From Candidatus Calditenuaceae archaeon (GTDB taxonomy: Archaea > Thermoproteota > Nitrososphaeria_A > Caldarchaeales > Calditenuaceae): DNA of 64,000 nt. The position numbers were made by a program, and so were the translations under genes. The notes beneath the pieces are model-generated. The model saw only the letters and a list, made by a program, of their open reading frames with translations, had not been told where the DNA came from and ran no database searches. Position 1 is the first letter of the stretch; each line of letters starts with the position of its first letter. This document shows, piece by piece, positions 45,393 to 53,970 of the stretch. The DNA is taken from assembly GCA_025058225.1 (NCBI GenBank), contig JANXEE010000017.1, positions 2,084-66,083 of the forward strand, in the 5' to 3' direction.

Positions 45393-46408
45393 TCGAACCT
45401 CACCGCCCCGAGCAGCCTAAGAGCGTCCAAAATACCTTCGGCGTAGGAGACCGCCACCAGCGCGTCCTCCTCCCTCCCCGAGTTGAGGAAGTGCTCCGCG
45501 TCAGAGAGGTAGTCAGATACCGTCTCGATAGCGCGCCTGACCGACGTCGATTCCACGCCGACCTCGAGCTTCATGACAACCGACTTGGCCTTCGCTAGAT
45601 ACTTCGCGGCCCTCACGTGAGTAGGGCTCTTGACGCTCGCCGGCTTCACTTCTGACCTCAAGACCTCTCTGAAGAACTCCCTCTCCCCCGGTCCGAGCTC
45701 AGCAGGTAAAATCAGGACGTGTGGTGGCGGCGGTAGGTCGAGGTGCTTGAGGGCGCCCAGCCTGACGACGCCAACTTTCTCCTCCTTCATTCCGATCCTA
45801 GCACCGTAGACCACCGGTGCGTCCTTGAGGGCCCCGTCGGCATCAGAGCGATCAGCACTTTCCAGCAGCATCTCTGCAGCCTCCTGCGCCGTCAAACCGC
45901 CTCCTGCTGTGTCAAGCAGGACCATCGTGTGCAATCCGAGCGTCGCGTTCGTCATCACTACCTTCCAGATGCCCCTCAGAACTTCCACCTCAGCACCCCG
46001 GGGCAGAGTAACGGTCCGGCCGAACTTGTAGGGCGATAGTCCGGACCTCGAGATCGCAGCGCTGAGTATCGAGACCCCGTGGACCACCCTCCATGGAATA
46101 CCGGACCTACACGCCTCCACGATCAGCGAGGAGTGCGTCGTGGCCACCAGAGGATCACCGGGCACCACCACTGCAACGTCCTCATCGGCAGCCCTGTTGA
46201 TCAGCTCCCTCGATCGCTCCTCGAGCGTCGCCCTCTCGGCCATCACGAGCCTGTCGCCGACTCCGTCTCTGATCGCGTTCAGCAGATCATCGTCTATGAA
46301 GCTGGTGTACGTGTCGAGGTAGACGGTGCTGGATCTGCTCATCGCCCTCCAGGCCTCATCCGTCACGTAGCCCCTAGAGCCCAGTCCTAGCCCGATCAGC
46401 CACAACAA
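45386..46408 (-). CDS. dph5: Diphthine synthase (Dph5) with about 80-aa C-terminal extension of unknown nature
   Basis: MLWLIGLGLGS...VYLDTYTS...GDPLVATTHSSL...SPYKFG is the Dph5/tetrapyrrole-methylase fold. It accounts for about 258 aa. The remaining ~82 aa have no counterpart in canonical Dph5. Confidence 0.8.
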   Translation of the reverse strand: MLWLIGLGLGSRGYVTDEAWRAMSRSSTVYLDTYTSFIDDDLLNAIRDGVGDRLVMAERATLEERSRELINRAADEDVAVVVPGDPLVATTHSSLIVEACRSGIPWRVVHGVSILSAAISRSGLSPYKFGRTVTLPRGAEVEVLRGIWKVVMTNATLGLHTMVLLDTAGGGLTAQEAAEMLLESADRSDADGALKDAPVVYGARIGMKEEKVGVVRLGALKHLDLPPPPHVLILPAELGPGEREFFREVLRSEVKPASVKSPTHVRAAKYLAKAKSVVMKLEVGVESTSVRRAIETVSDYLSDAEHFLNSGREEDALVAVSYAEGILDALRLLGAVRFEW

Positions 46409-46497
46409 CCTGCACTCACCCCCGATTCCACATCCCTCTCATGTCGTCCTGACAGCTCGGGAAGGGAATAATTATGGGCTAGGTGCTTTTGAGGTGA

Positions 46498-47841
46498 ATG
46501 AGGGTCGTGGTCATAGGCGGTGGTGCGGCCGGTGCCTCTGCGGCTGCGAGGGCCCGTCGACTCGCACCGGATGCCGAGGTGACGCTGATCGAGGCCTCAG
46601 GCATGATAACGCACGCACCCTGTGGAGTCCCCTATGCCCTGAGCGGACTTGTGCCGTCCTACCGGATGTTGAGGACCTACTCCCCGGAGAAGTTCGCCTC
46701 TGAGAGGGGGATCGGCGTCCTCACGAACTCCGTTGCTCAGGACGTTGACCCGGACGGCCGAACGGTGCTGGTCAGGCGAAATGGTGAAACTGTTCGGATT
46801 AAATGGGACGCGCTGGTACTCGCGACCGGCGCAAGACCTCTGGTACCCAGGATTGAGGGGTTAGAGGACGTGAGGCCCCTGACCTTTAGGCACCCTGAAG
46901 ACGTTCCCGGAGCCACCTCTAGGCTTGAGCGTGTGAAGAGGGTCGCGGTGATAGGCGGAGGCTACATAGGCGTCGAGCTCGCTGAGGCGTTGGTCGACAT
47001 GGGAAAGGAGGTCTCTTTGTTCGAGATGATGGAGAGACTTCTGCCGGGGCCATTTGACCCCGAGATCTCTCGCGTCCTCGAGGAGAGGGTTAGGGGTGCA
47101 GGCGTTAGGGTCCACCTCTCGGAGCCCGTGAGGGCTCTGTCGCGGCGTAGCGAGGGGGTCGTCGTTAACACCGACTCTGGAAGTTACGAGGTTGACGATG
47201 TCGTCATCGGTGTCGGCGTCAGACCCAACGTGGATCTCGCGTTGAAAGCGGGTGTGAAGTTGGGCGCAACGGGCGCCGTCGAGACGGACGACCTCATGTC
47301 TACCAACGTCGATGGAATCTTCGGTGCAGGCGATCTGGTCGAGAAGTATCACCTCGTTCTGAGGAAGAAGGTCTGGATGCCTCTGGCCCCTGCCGCGAAC
47401 AAAGAGGGTCAGGTGGCTGGAGCCAACGCGGTATCTAGGGGCTCCCTGCGGATGAGGGGGATAGTTGGGACTGCCGTCACGAGGTTCAAGGACCTCTACC
47501 TCGCGAGGACAGGGCTCGGGCAGGAGGAGGCTTCCAAGAACGGGTTCGACGTCGAGTCAACGACGATCGTCGCCAAGACCAAGGCAGGCTACTTCCCCGG
47601 AGGCGTTGAGGTGACCGTTAAGATGATCGCCGAGCGCGGTTCGGGGAGGGTGCTGGGTCTCCAGGCCGCGGGGAGGGACCCGGTGGTCGCGGCCTACGCG
47701 GACATCGCAGCCGTCGCCATCGAGAGGCGCATGAGCACGGAGGACGTCTTCTTCTCGGACATCGGCTACATGCCGGCGACAGCTCCGGTGTGGCACCCGC
47801 TGATAGTGGCCGCGAGGACCCTGTCGAAGGGCCGATTCTGA
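46498..47841 (+). CDS. Pyridine nucleotide-disulfide oxidoreductase (NADH oxidase/CoA-disulfide reductase family)
   Basis: VVVIGGGAAGASAA, single redox Cys in THAPCGVPY, second Rossmann VAVIGGGYIGVE, dimerisation domain. 447 aa. Confidence 0.8.
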   Translation: MRVVVIGGGAAGASAAARARRLAPDAEVTLIEASGMITHAPCGVPYALSGLVPSYRMLRTYSPEKFASERGIGVLTNSVAQDVDPDGRTVLVRRNGETVRIKWDALVLATGARPLVPRIEGLEDVRPLTFRHPEDVPGATSRLERVKRVAVIGGGYIGVELAEALVDMGKEVSLFEMMERLLPGPFDPEISRVLEERVRGAGVRVHLSEPVRALSRRSEGVVVNTDSGSYEVDDVVIGVGVRPNVDLALKAGVKLGATGAVETDDLMSTNVDGIFGAGDLVEKYHLVLRKKVWMPLAPAANKEGQVAGANAVSRGSLRMRGIVGTAVTRFKDLYLARTGLGQEEASKNGFDVESTTIVAKTKAGYFPGGVEVTVKMIAERGSGRVLGLQAAGRDPVVAAYADIAAVAIERRMSTEDVFFSDIGYMPATAPVWHPLIVAARTLSKGRF

Positions 47842-47854
47842 GACGATGGAACGC

Positions 47855-48721
47855 TCATGACCAACTGACCAGGAACGCACCCAGGGTGACCGTCAGAGCT
47901 CCTGCAACAGTCCTCGAGTCGATGCGTTCAAGCGCCCTGGCGAAGCTCACCGTAATTAGCAGCGTGAAGAGCGGGAACGTCTGGGAGAGCGGGACAGCGA
48001 TGCTCACAGGTGTCAGGTAAAGGGCCCCCCAGAAGGAGAGGCTGGCGGTGCCATTGGCGGCGCTTCCGATCAGCGCGTACCTATTCCTCAGTGCCCTTGA
48101 CACACCACCCGTAAAGAGTGTCAGGGGAAGCACCAAAAGCAGCGACGTGGAGGTGCTGAGGAGATACGTCAGGAACGGCGAGCCTATCTCAACGTTCGCT
48201 ACCCTCGCGAAGGTCGCACCTACGGCAAAGACCAGCGCTGCTCCGACCGACGCTGTCACTCCCCTAGTCCAGTCGCGGTGAGAGTCGTTCTCCCTCTGCC
48301 AGGAGACGAAAGCAACACCGAGCGCTATCATTACGCACCCCAAGAGAACGATCAGGTGCGGCGACTCGCCCGCGATTACCACCGCTGTCAGGGGGGCGAC
48401 TACGGACTCTGATGCGGCGATGGCGTTGGACCTAGAGGCTCCTATTTTGCTGATCCCGTAGTACCAGAACAACCTTCCAAGCCCGAAGACCAGTATCCCC
48501 GCTATCACCGCCTCAGCTGCACCACCGCCTATCGCAGGGACTCTACGCTCTGCTGAGAACTCAATCAGTGTTCCCGCGAGAGCCATCAGGAGCCCCATCA
48601 TGGAGGCCGTAGCGGAGGCCGCCAACGGCGACAGGTCCATTGTGGCCCTCCTCATGGCGACCGACGTCAGGGCCCAGAGAAAGGCCGTGATCAGGGCCAG
48701 CGTGATACCCAAGGGCTCCAT
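47855..48721 (-). CDS. EamA/DMT-family transporter
   Basis: 10 TM helices and two EamA repeats. Start taken at the internal MEPLGITLAL; the ORF extends to 48838. Confidence 0.6.
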   Translation of the reverse strand: MEPLGITLALITAFLWALTSVAMRRATMDLSPLAASATASMMGLLMALAGTLIEFSAERRVPAIGGGAAEAVIAGILVFGLGRLFWYYGISKIGASRSNAIAASESVVAPLTAVVIAGESPHLIVLLGCVMIALGVAFVSWQRENDSHRDWTRGVTASVGAALVFAVGATFARVANVEIGSPFLTYLLSTSTSLLLVLPLTLFTGGVSRALRNRYALIGSAANGTASLSFWGALYLTPVSIAVPLSQTFPLFTLLITVSFARALERIDSRTVAGALTVTLGAFLVSWS

Positions 48722-48804
48722 CGTTTTCCGGATCGGTAGGGAATTCGATAATATACGGATATCCGCTGTTCCAAGAGTAGAAGTGTGGGTTCGAACGGTT
48801 CGGA

Positions 48805-49881
48805 ATGATAGGGGTTTTGAGTGGGCGCAGCGTTTCACCTGATGATTTGAGGGCGGTGGTTCTCGCAGCAGGAATGGGGTCGAGGATGAACCCGCTGACC
48901 TCGGAAAGGCCTAAACACCTCCTTCCAGTCGCAGGCGAACCGGTCCTGAAGAGGACGGTGAGAACTCTATTCGGTGTCGGCGTGGAGGAGGTCGTCATGG
49001 TCGTGGGTTATCTCGCGGAGAAGGTCGTCGCGGCCCTCTCGGAGTTCGGGAGCGACAGGATTAAGTTCGTGAGGCAGGAGGCTCCGCTCGGAACCGCGCA
49101 CGCGCTGCTCTCGGCGGGCGAATTCGTCTCCTCCGAGAGACAGTTCCTGCTTGTCTACGGAGACGTCACCCTGAAGCCGGAGCCCGTCGAGCGGCTCATC
49201 GAGACGGTCCGGTTGAAGTCCTTCGACGGTGGCGTCTTGGGTGTGCTCCGGCCCGATCCGTGGAAGTTCGGGACGCTCTTGGTTAAGGACGGTCTGCTTC
49301 AGGGCATTCTAGAGAAGTCGAGGGAGGTCAGGCCGCCGGCGATCGTCAACGCAGGCATCTACGTCCTTCCACGTGAGGTGGTGGATGTCTCGCGGAAGAT
49401 CGGCCTCTCTCCCCGAGGCGAATACGAGTTGACCGACGCCTTGGTCGACTTGGTCAGAACCGGGAAGAGGATAGCTGTACTCGAGGACCCCGGCGATTGG
49501 TGGTTCGATCTCGGAGGGCCATCGGAGCTGCTCAGAGCGAACGTTGAGACCCTCGCAAGGGAGCTCGGCAGCAACAGCTCCATACGCAGCGGTGCGATCA
49601 TCAACAGAGGCGTCTCCGTCCTCTCGTCGTTCGTCGGGGAGGGTGCGTTCGTCGGCGAGGGCTCCTTCATCGAGCTCTCGGTCCTCATGGGCTCAACCAG
49701 CGTGGGCAGGGGCTCGAAGTTGCAGAAGACACTGGTGTTGGAGGGCGCGAAGGTAGGTCGGGGTGCGAGGCTGGTCAACTGCATCTTGGGGCCCGAATCC
49801 TCAGTCCCCAGTGGGGTTGAGCTGACTGGTGATCCCGGAGAACCAGTTGTAATTCCGCCGCACTCGACTTACAGGCCCTGA
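48805..49881 (+). CDS. Sugar-phosphate nucleotidyltransferase with C-terminal left-handed beta-helix (GlmU/RmlA-like)
   Basis: AVVLAAGMGSRMNPLTSERPKHLLPV is the NTP-transferase signature. C-terminal hexapeptide repeats present. Confidence 0.75.
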   Translation: MIGVLSGRSVSPDDLRAVVLAAGMGSRMNPLTSERPKHLLPVAGEPVLKRTVRTLFGVGVEEVVMVVGYLAEKVVAALSEFGSDRIKFVRQEAPLGTAHALLSAGEFVSSERQFLLVYGDVTLKPEPVERLIETVRLKSFDGGVLGVLRPDPWKFGTLLVKDGLLQGILEKSREVRPPAIVNAGIYVLPREVVDVSRKIGLSPRGEYELTDALVDLVRTGKRIAVLEDPGDWWFDLGGPSELLRANVETLARELGSNSSIRSGAIINRGVSVLSSFVGEGAFVGEGSFIELSVLMGSTSVGRGSKLQKTLVLEGAKVGRGARLVNCILGPESSVPSGVELTGDPGEPVVIPPHSTYRP

Positions 49882-50495
49882 GACCGACCCGCGGCTGCCC
49901 CGAACTCCCGCGCGGCCCTCGCCAACAGCCTCGCGACCCTCACCGGTTCAGGCACCTTGCCGCTGAGCGTGAGTGAGTTCAGCACGACCTCCGTCGCCCT
50001 CCTGGAGACCCCCTCCCTCCTGACGTAGACGACCTGTCCGGTCTTGAGCCTAACCTCCTCCCTCTCCCCCAGGGATCGGTAAACCTCGAGCCTCGCTTCT
50101 GCGTCGTCGGAGAACCTCGATGCTATCAGGTCCTCAAGGCCCCTTGATGGCCTGAAGGTCACACAGAGGATCGGTAGCGACAGTGACTCCGATAGCTCCT
50201 TGACGTCTACGAGGTTGAAATAGCTGATTATGCAGCCGCCCAGCATCAGAAGGTTGATGTCGTCCCTGTCGAGGGCCTCGTACATCCTCTTTATGGACTC
50301 CGTCGAGTCCATGCCGCCAACCTCGCACGACCCGATGACCATGCCGTCAACCTGTAGGTCAGCCCTCATCACTACGCCTCCCAACACGGCCCGTGAATCG
50401 GTAGGTCTGAAGCTCTCGGCCACCCCGAACACCCTGTAGGCACGCTTGAACGGGTTGAACGATCTGAGCTTAACCGTCTCATCCCGGGACGTCAT
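49869..50495 (-). CDS. DUF99 / UPF0215-family protein (endonuclease dU-like)
   Basis: VFGVAESFRP...VLGGVVMRADLQVDGMVIGSCEVGGMDST...INLLMLGGCIISYFNLVD matches the DUF99 pattern. Confidence 0.5.
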   Translation of the reverse strand: MTSRDETVKLRSFNPFKRAYRVFGVAESFRPTDSRAVLGGVVMRADLQVDGMVIGSCEVGGMDSTESIKRMYEALDRDDINLLMLGGCIISYFNLVDVKELSESLSLPILCVTFRPSRGLEDLIASRFSDDAEARLEVYRSLGEREEVRLKTGQVVYVRREGVSRRATEVVLNSLTLSGKVPEPVRVARLLARAAREFGAAAGRSQGL

Positions 50496-50602
50496 TCCAC
50501 GACTTAGCCCCCACAGCCCCCGCTATACGCCTTCTCAGCCGGTCGGGGCATCACTCGCTCCACGGGAAAGGTCAAAATTTCGATGCGGAGCTGGGTATAG
50601 GG

Positions 50603-52030
50603 ATGAAGGCGAAGAAGTCGGAAGATTTCTCCGAGTGGTACAGCGAGGTCGTCCAGGAGGCTGGCTTGGCAGGTTACGCGCCGATCAAGGGGTTCGTTTA
50701 CTTGCCGCCCTATGGATACGAGCTATGGGAGCTCATAAGATCCCACTTCGACGAGAGGTTCAGGAAGTCCAATCACAGGAACGCCTTCCTACCGATCCTG
50801 ATACCTGAGTCGCTCCTGAGGAAGGAGGCCGAGCACTTCAAGGGGTTCACACCCGAAGTCTTCTGGGTCACTACGTCTGGTGACGATCAGTTATCGGAAA
50901 GGCTAGCGGTGAGGCCGACGTCCGAGACGCTGTTTTACGCTACCTTCGGGAAGTCGATCAAGAGCTGGAGGGAGCTGCCAGTTTTGGTCAACTTCTGGAA
51001 CTCGGCCCTCCGGGCAGAGATCAAGTCCACCAAGCCATTCGTGAGGACCTCGGAGTTCCTGTGGCAGGAGGGGCACACGCTCCACGCGACGAAGGAGGAG
51101 GCCGATGAGGAGGTGATGAGGATGCTGAACATCTACAAGGCGGTGATCGAGGAGAAGCTCGCTATACCGGTCATCGCCGGCTACAAGTCGGAGCTCGAGA
51201 AGTTCGTCGGGGCCCTCTACACCACCACGTTGGAGGCCGTCATGCCTGACGGCAAGATCCTCCAGATGGCTACCTCCCACAACCTCGGTCAGAACTTCAC
51301 GATCCCGTTCGACGTGAGATACCTCGGTCCCGACGGTCAGATGCACTACGCATGGAGCACGTCGTGGGGGGTATCGTGGAGACTGATAGGCGCTGTGATA
51401 ATGGTCCACGGCGACGACCGAGGGCTTGTACTTCCTCCGGAGGTGGCACCGATACAGGTTGTCGTCATACCCATCTTCTACTCCGACGCTGAGAAGGAAT
51501 CTGTCATCGAGAAGTGCAGAGAGATCGTACTGAGGCTTCAGAACGCCGGCATCAGGACGCATCTCGACGACAGGACCGATTACACTCCGGGATGGAAGTT
51601 CAACGAGTGGGAGCTGAAGGGTGTGCCTGTGAGGGTGGAGATCGGGCCGAGGGACCTCTCGGAGGGGAAGGTCACGCTGTTCAGGAGGGACGAGCTGAAG
51701 AGAGCGCGCGTCGACGATCGCGTACTGGTGGACGCTGTCAGGGAGCTCCTGTCGGAGGTCCAGAAGAACCTTTTCAGACGGGCCCGTGAGACCCTCAACT
51801 CTATGGTCAGTGAGGCCAAGTCCATGGAAGAGTTCACGAGGATCCTCGAGATAAGGGGGGGCTTCGTGAAGTCGACCTACTGTGGTTCAAACGATTGCGA
51901 GTTGCGGATCAAGGACCTCACCGGCGCGACTGTCAGAGCGATCCCCTTTGAACGCGAACCCCTCCTCTCTAACTGCATCGCATGTGGAAAAGAAGGGAAG
52001 GTCACCGCGTATTTCGGCAGGGCTTATTGA
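50603..52030 (+). CDS. proS: Prolyl-tRNA synthetase (archaeal/eukaryotic type)
   Basis: Class II motifs 1-3, anticodon-binding domain, and C-terminal Zn-binding domain ending YFGRAY. 475 aa. Confidence 0.9.
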   Translation: MKAKKSEDFSEWYSEVVQEAGLAGYAPIKGFVYLPPYGYELWELIRSHFDERFRKSNHRNAFLPILIPESLLRKEAEHFKGFTPEVFWVTTSGDDQLSERLAVRPTSETLFYATFGKSIKSWRELPVLVNFWNSALRAEIKSTKPFVRTSEFLWQEGHTLHATKEEADEEVMRMLNIYKAVIEEKLAIPVIAGYKSELEKFVGALYTTTLEAVMPDGKILQMATSHNLGQNFTIPFDVRYLGPDGQMHYAWSTSWGVSWRLIGAVIMVHGDDRGLVLPPEVAPIQVVVIPIFYSDAEKESVIEKCREIVLRLQNAGIRTHLDDRTDYTPGWKFNEWELKGVPVRVEIGPRDLSEGKVTLFRRDELKRARVDDRVLVDAVRELLSEVQKNLFRRARETLNSMVSEAKSMEEFTRILEIRGGFVKSTYCGSNDCELRIKDLTGATVRAIPFEREPLLSNCIACGKEGKVTAYFGRAY

Positions 52031-52070
52031 GTGGGCCATTTCATCCAAGGTGTTCAGTCGGTGAAGGTCT

Positions 52071-52841
52071 TTGGTTGAGAGGCCCGGCCTGCTGGAGGGC
52101 AAGTCGTGCGCGATCCTCGGTGCGACGAGCGAGGTTGGTAGGGAGACGGCGCTGCTGTTCGCCAGAGAGGGCGCCAATCTACTCCTCTCGGGGAGAAAGG
52201 AGTCAGTCCTTCACGAGTTGGCCAGGGAGTGCAGAGGAACGGTGTCAAGGGTTGAGGTCCTACCGCTGGACCTGAGCCGTCATGACGCACAGGACCAACT
52301 GATCCGTTCGGTCTCGGAGACCTTCGGACGGCTCGACGCGCTCGTGAGCTACGTTGGATACCCCTTGGAACAGGAACTCTGGTACAAAGGGATAGGTGAG
52401 CTCGGTGAGGAGGTACTGGAGAGGGTCCTCAGCGTCGACCTTCTTGCCAACTTCAGGGCCGTCTCGAGTTTGCTCCCCTTTCTGGAGGGTGGGGCCCTCA
52501 TCCTCACCTCCTCCACTCCAGCCCTCAGCTGGTACAGGTACGGATCGGTCTATTCGATCGCCAAGCTCGCGGTCATCGGGCTGGTCAGAGCCGTTGCCGC
52601 AGAGTACAGGCGCTACAAAGTCAGAGCCTATGGTCTGGCGTTAGGGAACATCAAGACATCAGCAACCTACGACGTCTTGAAGGAAGAGGATAGAGTTGCT
52701 TTAGCAGAGGAGTCGCCCATGGGGAGGTGGGGGGAGCCCTCCGAAGTCGCGAAGGTCGCCTTGGCGTTAGCCTCCGACCTCTTCAGCTTCGTCAACGGCC
52801 AAGTGATCGTCATCGACGGTGGTACCTTAATGCTTGGGTAA
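52071..52841 (+). CDS. SDR-family oxidoreductase
   Basis: ILGATSEVGRE (TGxxxGxG-like), S...YxxxK triad YSIAKLAV. 256 aa. Confidence 0.8.
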   Translation: MVERPGLLEGKSCAILGATSEVGRETALLFAREGANLLLSGRKESVLHELARECRGTVSRVEVLPLDLSRHDAQDQLIRSVSETFGRLDALVSYVGYPLEQELWYKGIGELGEEVLERVLSVDLLANFRAVSSLLPFLEGGALILTSSTPALSWYRYGSVYSIAKLAVIGLVRAVAAEYRRYKVRAYGLALGNIKTSATYDVLKEEDRVALAEESPMGRWGEPSEVAKVALALASDLFSFVNGQVIVIDGGTLMLG

Positions 52842-52950
52842 GAAGTTAGTATTTCATAAGGCTCCGAAATGTAAGACATGCTTCGTGGCTTGTTTTCAAA
52901 TATAATTTCTAGGGATAATCAATTATCATAACGTAACTACATCGAAGTAG

Positions 52951-53727
52951 TCACACGATGATGTTCTCCTGTCCCTGTTCCTTAAGCATTTTCCACAACT
53001 CCGACCTCACCTTCTGTATTTCAGGGGACTCGGGGTCACGAGGGCGCTCGGCGTTTACCTCGATGATTCCTATAATTGAACCGGGTCTTTTCCTCATCAC
53101 GGCGATCCTGTCGGAGAGGAATGCGGCCTCCGACAGACTGTGTGTGACGAAGACTATCGTTTTCTTCGTTACCATCCAGAGCTTCGTGAGCTCTATACCA
53201 AGCTGCAACCTCGTCTGCTCGTCGAGGGCCCCGAAAGGTTCGTCCATTAAGAGCACATCAGGGTTCACGGCAAGGGCGCGCGCGATAGCCACCCTTTGCT
53301 GCATTCCACCGGAGAGCTCGCCGGGATACATGTACTCGAAACCCCTCAGTCCGACCAACTCGACCAATTGCTTCCCGACGCTGACACGTTTCTTCTTCGG
53401 TAGCCCCTGCATCTCCAGCCCGAAGGCAACGTTGTCGAGCACCGTTCTCCAAGGAAGAAGCAAGGGTTGCTGGAAGACGTAGGCTAATTTCCCGGGCATC
53501 GGCCCTTTTAGCTCGGTGCCGTCGACGAAGACCTTGCCGGAGGTCGGTCTAATGAGCCCAGCTATTATGTTAAGGAGCGTCGACTTTCCGCAGCCGGACG
53601 GTCCGATAATTGTGAAGAACTCGCCCTGTCGCACATTAAGGCTTACGTCCTTAAGCGCTTCTATTGTGCTGTTGCCTATAGAATATCCGTGCGTTATAGA
53701 CTCCACCCTTATCTTCGTGTCACTCAT
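52951..53727 (-). CDS. ABC transporter ATP-binding protein (NitT/TauT-like), no permease or binding protein adjacent
   Basis: Walker A GPSGCGKST, signature LSGGMQQR, Walker B LLMDEPFGALD, H-loop. Start taken at MSDTKIRV. Confidence 0.85.
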   Translation of the reverse strand: MSDTKIRVESITHGYSIGNSTIEALKDVSLNVRQGEFFTIIGPSGCGKSTLLNIIAGLIRPTSGKVFVDGTELKGPMPGKLAYVFQQPLLLPWRTVLDNVAFGLEMQGLPKKKRVSVGKQLVELVGLRGFEYMYPGELSGGMQQRVAIARALAVNPDVLLMDEPFGALDEQTRLQLGIELTKLWMVTKKTIVFVTHSLSEAAFLSDRIAVMRKRPGSIIGIIEVNAERPRDPESPEIQKVRSELWKMLKEQGQENIIV

Positions 53728-53970
53728 TGTCAGGAACCTCAAGCTAATTTCTTAGATATATTATTTGCGTTACCGTGGGGGGCGATGTAGGTAGGTTGAG
53801 GCTGTGGTACGGCACCTCGCGTCGTGCTGGGGAATGGTCTCACGATCTTCGCACCGCGCATCGCGTGGTCGCTCATTATGGGTGATCTCGGGTTTGATTG
53901 AGTTCCTAGATTCCGTTCAAGACCGTCAATGAATATTTATTAAGTTCGCGCCAAGGGAGGGGCGAAAAGT

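Noticed and set aside
50903-51562. 219-aa minus-strand ORF inside proS
   Set aside because: Antisense shadow of the prolyl-tRNA synthetase gene.
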